This document shows positions 9,603 to 17,657 of a DNA stretch of 21,377 nt, piece by piece (the stretch's first letter is position 1; each line of letters starts with the position of its first letter). Both the position numbers and the translations under genes were made by a program. The stretch covers positions 1-21,377 of the forward strand of contig JBDRKX010000034.1 of the NCBI GenBank assembly GCA_043813605.1, read 5' to 3'. The stretch is from Elusimicrobiota bacterium. Lineage in GTDB: Bacteria > CG03 > SLGR01 > JBDRKX01. A model generated the notes under the pieces. It saw nothing but the letters and a program-made list of their open reading frames with translations. It ran no database searches and was not told the DNA's origin.

Positions 9603-10309
9603 ATGAAAATGACCGTATTCAGGAATAATGATTTAAAAGGTACTCTATAGCTGCTGCTCCTGCTTTCCGTAGCTTTCGCTTCCAAGATATAGGCGGATCG
9701 ATATATACCTGGCTGTTCGGCATAAAGCTGTATAACATACAGGCAATAAACGGGCTGAATCTTATTAGTATCGTATCGAGGCTGACTGCTGTTGCATTAC
9801 TTGTTTATATACTTAACAGAAATGGAAAAAGACTGCATGACATAGGTTTTTCGTTCAGATGGAAGGATGTCCCGGTATCTGTGGCATTGTTCGTAATTGC
9901 TTTAGGTTTATATTATGCATATTACTACGGTGTGATATATGCATACAGATATGTGACTCGCGGTCTATTGAACCCATATGCAAAAAATACTGAATTTCTA
10001 AGAACGCAGTTGACTGTATGGTATCTGGCCTTAGCGCTGGTAAATCCTTTTTATGAAGAATTGATCGTCCGGGCATATGTGATCAGTAAAATGGAATATC
10101 TGACGGGGAAAGTATCTGTAGCGGTAGCAGCCAGTCTTTTACTGCAAGCGGCTTACCATCTATATCAGGGTATATTCGCAGGTTTAGGCCTATGTTTGAT
10201 ATTTTTGGTATTTTCAGTTTATTATGTAAGATCGAGAAGGATAATGCCGGTAATACTCGCTCATCTCTACCTTGATCTGAATGCTATGCTGCAATCTGCC
10301 TTATTTTAA
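9603..10309 (+). pseudogene. CPBP (CAAX protease/Abi) family intramembrane metalloprotease, disrupted at the 5' end
   Basis: The C-terminal part has YEELIVR, YHLYQG and AHLYLD motifs. Its frame is open from 9632 with no ATG before the EExxxR motif. The natural N-terminus (ATG 9603, MKMTVFRNNDLKGTL*LLLLLSVAFASKI) lies in another frame, with an in-frame TAG at 9648-9650 and a frameshift near 9690. Confidence 0.65.
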
Positions 10310-10323
10310 ACGTATAATCATCT

Positions 10324-10893
10324 TTAAGCGGATTCTTTACAGAAGCCTTTGTCAATGGAGATAGAATACCCGTTAAGGTCGATAAAAGGCATTTGAAGGC
10401 CTGCGGGTTCAGTAACGAAAAAAACCGGGGCCGGCCCGGTACCGGGCATTGTTACTTCCCAGTGAGGTGTATTTTTAAGCATGGTGAAGAAGGATGTTCC
10501 CGGGTCATTGTATTTCATCTCGATCGCGACCAGACAATCTGCATCTAACATGCGCTTTTCTGCTTTTTCCTGGAAAAAGGGATGTTTGTAAAGACCTACA
10601 ATGAGGATGAGCGGTTTATATTCTATTGCAGTCGGGTTTACCAGGATGAATTCCTCGTTGTCCGGATGTGAGGCAAGTTTGATTTCAGTCGTGTTTTTAC
10701 CGATACAGGCCAGTTTGTGTGACCCGTATTCGGGTTCGGATATATAGAGAGTATCTATGCCGTCTTCTCCCTGTTGAAGCTGTGTGAGACGCTCTGGCGG
10801 GGAGAATCTCATGAGAAGATCCCTGTCCTCCAGTTTTTTAAAGAGATCAGAAGAAGCTTTTTTAAGCGGCAGGCAAAGTAACCTGTTGTCCAT
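10324..10893 (-). CDS. hypothetical protein, possibly cupin / ureidoglycolate-lyase-like
   Basis: 189-aa ORF with SHPDNEEF and a later PHWE motif spaced like cupin metal ligands. Function call is weak. Confidence 0.55.
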   Translation of the reverse strand: MDNRLLCLPLKKASSDLFKKLEDRDLLMRFSPPERLTQLQQGEDGIDTLYISEPEYGSHKLACIGKNTTEIKLASHPDNEEFILVNPTAIEYKPLILIVGLYKHPFFQEKAEKRMLDADCLVAIEMKYNDPGTSFFTMLKNTPHWEVTMPGTGPAPVFFVTEPAGLQMPFIDLNGYSISIDKGFCKESA

Positions 10894-10964
10894 CTATTGT
10901 TTCTTCTTTAAGATACGAATAATATAACAGTATTTCCTGATGTGATAAAAAAGAATACCGGGGT

Positions 10965-11834
10965 TTATGCTTTAGCAACAAGTTTTAATTTCTCACTTAT
11001 TGCAAAGTGCCCGTCTCTGACAAGTTTCCTATCAAGAGAGTGAATACCTTCGGATAGATTGTGAAGATCAAGTGTTTTCAGTCCTTTCAATGAATGTGTT
11101 ATAAGATGCAGATCGGTTCTGATATATTTCATCCTGTTATCGCTGAATATCAAAGCGCTTGCTTTTTTGTATTCAGCAAGTATTTTTTTAAGATGTTTTT
11201 TTAATCTTGCTTTTGAAACAAAAAAACCGAAGTTAGAACCGTCAAGATGAAAGACATTATCTTCCCCCAAAGCAGCTGATACGATCTCTCCCAGTTTCTT
11301 TATGATTGTAAGAAGAGCCTGAGTGTACATAGTGACATTTGTGTAATAGTTTTTTATATTGGTATACACAAAAATGTAGTCGCTTCCGGCAAGTTCATTG
11401 AATTTATCTTTGAACTTGAAATAGCCGGGCAGTTCTGTCAGCGGATGTGTCGTAAGTTTTTCCTGCTTATATTCCATGATAAGCGGTATGCGATGTACGA
11501 TTCCTTCAATATGGAAGGGTTTTGCGAGATATTCGTCAGCACCCAGACAAAGGCCTTCAAGTTTATTCGGAAGCGAATCCATTATCGAAAGGATGATAAC
11601 GGGTGTGATAAAACCGAAAGGTTTTTCTCTTATGCTCTTCAGTATTTCAAATCCGTTCAGTTTTGGCAGTTTTATATCAATTATAAGAAGGTCGAATTCA
11701 GTTTCGGTATATTCTTTAAGACCTGACTCTCCGTCAGTTTCCCATGTAACCGAATAATTATTATTTTCCAATAGGTCTTTTAAGAGATTACCGACTGATG
11801 GTTCATCTTCTATAACTAATATTTTTTCATTCAT
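10965..11834 (-). CDS. response regulator receiver fused to a degenerate GGDEF-like domain
   Basis: ILVIEDE, IDIKLP and GADEYLAKPF receiver motifs. Then HPLTELPG (cf. DPLTGLPN), YTNIKNY (cf. DIDNFK) and HLDGSNF (cf. GGDEF). AGGAAGGA SD. Confidence 0.8.
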   Translation of the reverse strand: MNEKILVIEDEPSVGNLLKDLLENNNYSVTWETDGESGLKEYTETEFDLLIIDIKLPKLNGFEILKSIREKPFGFITPVIILSIMDSLPNKLEGLCLGADEYLAKPFHIEGIVHRIPLIMEYKQEKLTTHPLTELPGYFKFKDKFNELAGSDYIFVYTNIKNYYTNVTMYTQALLTIIKKLGEIVSAALGEDNVFHLDGSNFGFFVSKARLKKHLKKILAEYKKASALIFSDNRMKYIRTDLHLITHSLKGLKTLDLHNLSEGIHSLDRKLVRDGHFAISEKLKLVAKA

Positions 11835-12002
11835 TTTTTCCTTCCTTGAATGTCAGATCGATTATATTATAATAAAAAATCTAAAGATAACAAATAGGCG
11901 TAATTCTTTTTAAAACCATCGCATAAAAAAACAGTTTGACTATTCTGAGGCCATGACCCGGCATGATTACAAGTAGATTATAAGTTTGTATTATTATATT
12001 CA

Positions 12003-12031
12003 TTGATTTTAATTAATTAAATAATTATAAT
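12003..12031 (+). promoter_or_regulatory. putative sigma70 promoter
   Basis: TTGATT-N17-TATAAT in an AT-rich divergent intergenic region. Confidence 0.45.
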
Positions 12032-12101
12032 AAAATATATCATAGAGAAACTGTTGGTTTATTGCAGCATTAATCAGGGGAATAACAGGGGGGGGGAATA
12101 T

Positions 12102-12479
12102 ATGAGTAAAAAAATATTACTGGTTGAAGACAGTCCTACGATTTCTACGATTGTCACTTATACGCTGGAAGCGGCAGGGTATGAAGTGTCTACTGCTGAT
12201 AACGGGAACAAAGCTCTGCAAATAATGAAAAAAGAGACGCCTGACCTGGTGATACTTGATATAGGGCTTCCCGGAGGAATGGACGGTTATTCCGTATGCA
12301 GGTTCATAAAGACAAATAAGAAACACAAGACAATACCTGTCATAATGTTTACCGCAAGGGGAAAAGTGGGTGAAGTGGACGAAGCTTTCAGCGTCGGCGC
12401 CGATGATTACCTGGTTAAACCTACGAACCAGGGTGATTACGACAGGCTCATGACAAAGATAGAAAAATGGATCCAGTAG
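12102..12479 (+). CDS. stand-alone response regulator receiver
   Basis: ILLVEDS, LDIGLP, DGY, FTA and GADDYLVKP motifs. ATG 12102 follows a G9 tract in the SD position. Confidence 0.93.
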   Translation: MSKKILLVEDSPTISTIVTYTLEAAGYEVSTADNGNKALQIMKKETPDLVILDIGLPGGMDGYSVCRFIKTNKKHKTIPVIMFTARGKVGEVDEAFSVGADDYLVKPTNQGDYDRLMTKIEKWIQ

Positions 12480-12522
12480 TTAAGACCTGTCCTGTTGCAG
12501 ATTTGTAAGAAGAAGTGAATTC

Positions 12523-12900
12523 ATGGATGAGAAGAAAAAAGTACTTATAGTCGATGATGAGCAGGCATTCAACAGGGTAATGAGGGAAAGACTTACAATG
12601 GACGGTTATGATGCGATTTCTGCGTATGACGGTGCCCAGGGAATACAATTTGCAAGGCAGCAGCAGCCTGACCTTATAATACTTGATATTAATCTTCCAG
12701 CGGGCAGGGGAGATGCTATCTATAAGAGATTAAAAGAATTTGAATATACCAGCCATATTCCTATTATAATAATAACGGCTCTGCCGGTGGAAGAGATCGA
12801 AAAAAAACTATACGAACTTGGGGTCGAAAAGGATAACATGTTCTATAAACCTGTAGATTTTGATACGCTTGCAGAAAGAATAGGTGCTCTTCTTACATGA
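12523..12900 (+). CDS. stand-alone response regulator receiver
   Basis: VLIVDDE, LDINLP, ITA and FYKP motifs. Confidence 0.92.
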   Translation: MDEKKKVLIVDDEQAFNRVMRERLTMDGYDAISAYDGAQGIQFARQQQPDLIILDINLPAGRGDAIYKRLKEFEYTSHIPIIIITALPVEEIEKKLYELGVEKDNMFYKPVDFDTLAERIGALLT

Positions 12901-12942
12901 GAATCCTGCAAAAAATAAATTTATTGAAAATCGGTCTGATTA

Positions 12943-13347
12943 TTATGGGGCTTGGTTGTCCGCAGGAATAAGTCCGTCGATTGTCTCTTGAAGTTTATTC
13001 CAATCTATCGGTTTAATAAGATAACTGTCCGCCCCGCAGCTGAAACCTTCTTCCACAGAACCGGTTTTTGACAGTCCCGTAAGCAGTATTACCGGTACAT
13101 TCTTCGTCTCCGGTATCCTTTTCAGTATTGAACAGCAATCGAAACCGTTCATTTCAGGTAAGGTAACATCCAGTATGATAAGTTTTGGGGACTTCTTTTT
13201 TGCAAGATCCATTCCCTGTCTGCCGTCTTTGGCTTCAATGACGTTATATCCCCAGCTTTTCAGGTAAGTCGAGAGCAGCAGCCGTATATCACTTTCGTCA
13301 TCTACTATCAGTATCGTATTCTGCTTTTTTTTCGATAATCCCAGCAT
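12943..13347 (-). CDS. stand-alone response regulator receiver
   Basis: ILIVDDE, LDVTLP, NGF, LTG and GADSYLIKP motifs. Confidence 0.92.
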   Translation of the reverse strand: MLGLSKKKQNTILIVDDESDIRLLLSTYLKSWGYNVIEAKDGRQGMDLAKKKSPKLIILDVTLPEMNGFDCCSILKRIPETKNVPVILLTGLSKTGSVEEGFSCGADSYLIKPIDWNKLQETIDGLIPADNQAP

Positions 13348-13465
13348 ATTGATCCTTTTATCCGATTATTAATTATATTCTAACTGAAATATTTAAATAA
13401 TTCAACTACAAGCGAAATTATAGAAAAAATTAATAAGATTTGCAGAATTTTGACTGATTCTGCAT

Positions 13466-13495
13466 TTGACACCTATTCATATTATGTGATAAGAT
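13466..13495 (+). promoter_or_regulatory. sigma70 promoter of the abiE-like/fibre operon
   Basis: TTGACA (13466-13471)-N18-TAAGAT (13490-13495) with an extended TG at 13487-13488. Confidence 0.6.
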
Positions 13496-13496
13496 A

Positions 13497-13532
13497 TTTC
13501 CGAAATGATACATTTATGTATCATTTCGGAAA
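13497..13532. promoter_or_regulatory. perfect palindromic operator (17-bp arms), probable AbiEi binding site
   Basis: TTTCCGAAATGATACAT-TT-ATGTATCATTTCGGAAA lies between the -10 box and the abiEi-like ATG. Confidence 0.8.
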
Positions 13533-13541
13533 CAGATCGAT

Positions 13542-14168
13542 ATGCGGTATGACAAATTCAGAACCAAATATAAGAATGTACCGATAATCACTACACAACT
13601 CCTCAAATTATCCGGTGATTATGGCCATGCTCTTCGTATACAGATACTCAGATGGCAGAAAACCGGAAAAATAGTAAAACTCAGAAGAAACCTCTATATA
13701 CTCAATCAGGAAGACAGGGAGATAGACGCATCACTTCAGTATATTTCAAGAGAGCTTTACAGCCCTTCATATATAAGCCTGGAATACGCCATGTCGGAAT
13801 ACTCGCTGATCGAAGAAATAGTAACGGATATAACCTGTATCAGTACAAAAAAGACGATAGTATGCAGGAACAGGCTCGGCAGGTTTGTATACAAGCATGT
13901 AATGAAGAACTGTTTCACAGGGTTTATAGAGAAACAGGATACTGCCGGACTAACATACCTGATGGCTTCTCCTGAGAAAGCTGTAGTGGATTACCTGTAC
14001 CTGAATCAATCCCGCTTCAACGGCGATTATAGAAAAACACTCACCGAAACAATGGGTATCAGGAATACCCGGATACTTGATAAAGAAAAGCTCAATGTAT
14101 ATGCAGGGCTCTTCAGCAGCGCAAAACTCGTTAAACTGACAGAAGCCCTGATGGAAATCCATACCTGA
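13542..14168 (+). CDS. abiEi: AbiEi-family type IV TA antitoxin / transcriptional regulator (N-terminal winged HTH)
   Basis: LRWQKTGKIVKLRRNLY, LYSPSYISLEYAMSEYSLIEE, GRFVYKHV and ASPEKAVVDYLY match AbiEi-family patterns. Confidence 0.85.
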   Translation: MRYDKFRTKYKNVPIITTQLLKLSGDYGHALRIQILRWQKTGKIVKLRRNLYILNQEDREIDASLQYISRELYSPSYISLEYAMSEYSLIEEIVTDITCISTKKTIVCRNRLGRFVYKHVMKNCFTGFIEKQDTAGLTYLMASPEKAVVDYLYLNQSRFNGDYRKTLTETMGIRNTRILDKEKLNVYAGLFSSAKLVKLTEALMEIHT

Positions 14169-14183
14169 CAAAGGAGGTATAAG

Positions 14184-14939
14184 ATGTACGAATTAATAAA
14201 AGAAAAACTCTCTCTCTTGCTCAGCCGGGAAGAGAAGGTTTACGGGATGCTGGAGTTCATAAACCTGATGATACTGAAGATCATGTTCGACCGCGGCATG
14301 TTGAGCAGTTTTGTGCTTTCGCGCGGTGCAGTTCTCAGTACTATCTACGGATTGCGGGACCGGCCGGCATCCATAGAGTTCTATAGAACAGAAAAAAGCA
14401 GATATACACCCGATGAAACTGCAGAGATCATTGCGTATGAACTGTGTAATTACGGATTGAAAGCAGAGGTCAGCTCAGTAAAAAGGGACGATGGCTCGGA
14501 GCATCTTCAATTCTGTTTTAAGGAACTTGCCCGCCGGCTGGGTTTGGCAAATAACGGTTCGGCCGATACTAAATTCGAGATAATAATGAGAAATTCCTAT
14601 TCAGCCGGATGGGAATCGGTTATTACACACGTCTCCTCTTCATTCGGGTTTACCCTGAGGCATCTTGACAGGGATTCTCTGTTCGCGGCAAGACTTTCTG
14701 AATTTTTTACTTGTCTGCGGTCAGAGAAAGGGTTTATTAAAGAGCTGCTCTGGTTCCATTCAAACGGTATAGAACCGAACTATCTGTTTCTCAAAAATTC
14801 ATTTCTGTCAGCCGGCCGCGGGAACGGCCGGGCAGGCATAGATGACCTGATCAGTTTTTTTGGTGATGGGCCGGTCAGCAGAAAGCTGAAGACTATGGTC
14901 AGGCAGACAAAAATCCCTGAAGCCGTGTTAAGGAACTGA
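14184..14939 (+). CDS. degenerate AbiEii-like nucleotidyltransferase (catalytic motifs lost)
   Basis: Lies directly after abiEi with an AAGGAGG SD. Collinear with AbiEii: EFINLMILK, FVLSRGAVLSTIYGLRDRPASIEF (cf. FxGGTALRxxYxLxRFSEDLDF), SLFAARL (cf. LFAxKL), GFIKELLWF (cf. GRDxYDLxW), IEPNYLFLKNS. Confidence 0.7.
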   Translation: MYELIKEKLSLLLSREEKVYGMLEFINLMILKIMFDRGMLSSFVLSRGAVLSTIYGLRDRPASIEFYRTEKSRYTPDETAEIIAYELCNYGLKAEVSSVKRDDGSEHLQFCFKELARRLGLANNGSADTKFEIIMRNSYSAGWESVITHVSSSFGFTLRHLDRDSLFAARLSEFFTCLRSEKGFIKELLWFHSNGIEPNYLFLKNSFLSAGRGNGRAGIDDLISFFGDGPVSRKLKTMVRQTKIPEAVLRN

Positions 14940-14956
14940 AAAACAAGGATACTAAC

Positions 14957-16666
14957 GTGAAGAAGATAATAAAAATACTTTTACTCTCAACAGTTCTTAT
15001 CCTCACACTGTCAGGCGCTCTTGTTTATGCCGATGATCCGGCGTGGGTCGTTATAGACGGTTTTGAGAATGATGACAGCTATGCCGATGAGACTGATGTC
15101 CCTGATGCCGCCTGGTTTTCCAATACCGGCAGTACATTCACATTAATGGTTGTGTCAACTCATTCATTTAACGGTTCGAATTCCCTTGAGATACAATACG
15201 ACAAGACAGCAGGTGACAGGATATGGGATTATTTAGCTGCCGGCGATCTAACAAACGGTTCAAACAATGTGTCAAATTTTAAAGTAAGTTCGTCCAGCCA
15301 GATAACGATACAGGTATATCCCGTAGGCAAAGATGTGGATATCCTGATGAAGTTCGAAGATGCTGCGACTACCGAGAGTAATGATATCCAGACTCTAAAT
15401 GCCCCGACGAGCGACGATTGGAATCTGCTCACTTTTACCTGGGATGCGGCGAAGCTGGGTGCGTGCGATTCGTCCCAGATCAAGTATGTCCGGTTTTTTA
15501 TTGCGCCAGGCGTTCAGGAAGCCGGTAAGATATATATCGATGACTTCATGCTGGAAGGTGTCGGCAGTGATGTAAATAACATAATTGCTGCAATTTCAGA
15601 AACTGCTAAACAGATAGATCTCTACTGGCCTGCGGCCGGGGATGCGGACGGTGACCTGAAAGAATATAATATTTACCGGGCTACTTTCAGTTTTTCAGAT
15701 ACAGGGGATTCTCGTGTTACGCTGGTAGCATCGACTCCGACACTGAACTATACAGATACGTCGGATTTCTTGTGGGATACTACATATTTCTATTCTATTG
15801 TCGCCGAAGACGATGCGAGCAATACAAGTGTAAAAACAGTAAATATCAGTACCAAGACCGCGGATAATACTACCGCGCCGGGCCGGGTCACTACACTTTC
15901 CGGACTCGCGGAAGATGACGGGTCGGTGACTCTCTCATGGACTGCGCCGGGAGAAGATGATTATTCGGGTAATATCACTAACGGCCGGTATAAGATAAAG
16001 TGGTCGAGCAAAACCGTGAGCGATTGGGATGCGGGAACCTGGGACGATTACCGGAACCGGTATCAGGTCCTTTTTGATACGGATGCTGTTCAGGGTGCGC
16101 ACCATTCCAGGCCGGTAACGGGCCTCAAGGGCGGGGCAACATATTATTTCAGGTTATGGACAATGGATGATGAAAAGGAAGAGAACTGGTCCGACATATC
16201 AAACGGAGCGACAGTCACTGTGACAAAGATAATCGGTATTCTTATAGAATCGCCGACTTTTTATCATTTCGGCGATATGACGATAAATGAATCGACTGTT
16301 GCGCCTACAGCTTTTACGGTAATAAATAACGGGAATGTGCCGGAAAAATACAGCATAAAAGCCGCTACGGCTACTGCCGGTACGCCGTGGACCGAAGCGG
16401 GAACACCGGGTACGAACGAATTTACTCTAAGGGCGGCTTTTCACGGTTCTGAGCCTGCCGAGGGAGTGTTCGGCAGTGAGGATGTGGTTTATTCAAACGC
16501 GAATGGTTGTTCCGATACTGCATATTCGATAGACGCTTCACAAAAAGGGACAGGTGTCGAACTGGACGGGGAACGGAATCTCTGGATAAATTTCTTTATG
16601 CCGCTCCAGACGTCTACATCCTATTACCAGGAGATAGATATAACGGTCATAGCTGAAGAGGATTGA
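14957..16666 (+). CDS. secreted protein: CBM11/CIA30-like beta-sandwich, 2 FN3 domains and a C-terminal pilin-like domain (putative tip adhesin)
   Basis: GTG start and signal peptide ending LVYA. VIDGFE...GKIYIDDF carbohydrate-binding-like domain. FN3 motifs (LYWP...YNIYR...YTDT...TTYFYSIVAED; LSWTAPGED...GLKGGATYYF). The last ~145 aa resemble the 197-aa protein. Confidence 0.75.
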   Translation: MKKIIKILLLSTVLILTLSGALVYADDPAWVVIDGFENDDSYADETDVPDAAWFSNTGSTFTLMVVSTHSFNGSNSLEIQYDKTAGDRIWDYLAAGDLTNGSNNVSNFKVSSSSQITIQVYPVGKDVDILMKFEDAATTESNDIQTLNAPTSDDWNLLTFTWDAAKLGACDSSQIKYVRFFIAPGVQEAGKIYIDDFMLEGVGSDVNNIIAAISETAKQIDLYWPAAGDADGDLKEYNIYRATFSFSDTGDSRVTLVASTPTLNYTDTSDFLWDTTYFYSIVAEDDASNTSVKTVNISTKTADNTTAPGRVTTLSGLAEDDGSVTLSWTAPGEDDYSGNITNGRYKIKWSSKTVSDWDAGTWDDYRNRYQVLFDTDAVQGAHHSRPVTGLKGGATYYFRLWTMDDEKEENWSDISNGATVTVTKIIGILIESPTFYHFGDMTINESTVAPTAFTVINNGNVPEKYSIKAATATAGTPWTEAGTPGTNEFTLRAAFHGSEPAEGVFGSEDVVYSNANGCSDTAYSIDASQKGTGVELDGERNLWINFFMPLQTSTSYYQEIDITVIAEED

Positions 16667-16697
16667 TGAAATGTATAAAAAAAGGAAGGGAACCCAA

Positions 16698-17576
16698 ATG
16701 AAGAAATATCTGATACCGTTAATGATTATATTTTCTGTCGCCATATGCCGGGCCGCTATAGGCCTCGGAACAAAATTCGGCAGTATTGTAATGGAAAAAG
16801 TGACAACAGGCAGGGTATATGACCTGCAAAAACTGCGCGGTATGCCGTATATAATAGTAAACAGCGGTACCGGTAAAGGTCAGGTGTCTGTGGAAGTGAT
16901 CCCTCCGGTCATTCCAAAGAAAGGCTATGAAGCTATACCCGATCCTACATGGATTCAGGTGCTTCCGAACCTGGTGGAACTCAACAGCAAGGAGGAATTC
17001 CCGTGTAATGTCATACTCACATTGCCGGATGATGATTCACTGCAAGGAAGGCATTTCCATGCGGTAATAAGAGCCCAGACGGTGACCGAGGGTTTCTACG
17101 GGGCTGCAGTAGTGAATAATGTCTTCTTTTCTGTCGGCGTCCCGGGACCCGAAGAAGTGCAGAAAGCCAAAAGTGAAAAAATACTGCAGGAACTGAATTA
17201 TGATGCCGATCCTAAACAATTATTTCTGAAGGTCCCGGCAGGCCGCAAGGTAAACATACTCAAAGAATTAAAAAAGAGCGTAAAACTGATAAACAAGGGT
17301 ACCGACAAACTGGATCTGCGGGTAAGCAGTATAAAGAATGTGATGAAATATCCTGTTCTTCCCGGATATGAGTTCACTCCGGACATGTCTTTCATATATG
17401 CGGAACCGCATAGCGTAAAAGTGAAGAGTTACAGAATAGAAGACGTGATGCTGTATGCGGATATACCGGAAGAATACAGGGGCAGAAAGTTCATGTTCCT
17501 GCTTGCGGTATCTCCTGATAATGACGAGATGTCGTTCATCCAGCTTTATGTCAGGGTGTACATAGAAGTCGAATAA
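16698..17576 (+). CDS. secreted tandem Ig-like protein (PapD/DUF916-like; putative fibre chaperone)
   Basis: ATG 16698 follows AAGGAAGGG and encodes a signal peptide. Two internal repeats: N(S/K)GT...GYExxPDxx(W/F)IxxxPxxVx(L/V)...(L/I)P(D/E)(D/E)...GRxF. Confidence 0.65.
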   Translation: MKKYLIPLMIIFSVAICRAAIGLGTKFGSIVMEKVTTGRVYDLQKLRGMPYIIVNSGTGKGQVSVEVIPPVIPKKGYEAIPDPTWIQVLPNLVELNSKEEFPCNVILTLPDDDSLQGRHFHAVIRAQTVTEGFYGAAVVNNVFFSVGVPGPEEVQKAKSEKILQELNYDADPKQLFLKVPAGRKVNILKELKKSVKLINKGTDKLDLRVSSIKNVMKYPVLPGYEFTPDMSFIYAEPHSVKVKSYRIEDVMLYADIPEEYRGRKFMFLLAVSPDNDEMSFIQLYVRVYIEVE

Positions 17577-17621
17577 AGAAAGGAGGTGATGTTTATGCGA
17601 AAAGTCAGGCGGGAAAGGTAA
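17577..17621 (+). promoter_or_regulatory. perfect extended Shine-Dalgarno plus 8-codon mini-ORF (MRKVRRER)
   Basis: AGAAAGGAGGTGAT (17577-17590), then ATG 17595 to TAA 17621. The next gene has its own AAAGGAG SD. Confidence 0.6.
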
Positions 17622-17657
17622 AGTAGTTTGTATTAGTAAAAAAAAGGAGAGATTAAA

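Noticed and set aside
9648..9650. Amber recoding (alternative genetic code or pyrrolysine)
   Set aside because: A frameshift follows anyway, TAG appears to act as a normal stop at 7372-7374, and no other gene shows an internal TAG.
12054..12101. TTG-started N-terminal extension of the receiver
   Set aside because: The receiver fold begins at MSKKILLVED (12102), and the extension spans the SD region.
13542..14939. Active AbiE phage-defence system or mobile element
   Set aside because: Toxin catalytic motifs are absent, and no integrase, transposase or terminal repeats are in the window.
16671..16697. Upstream ATG for the chaperone-like gene
   Set aside because: ATG 16698 has an SD and gives a typical MKK signal peptide.
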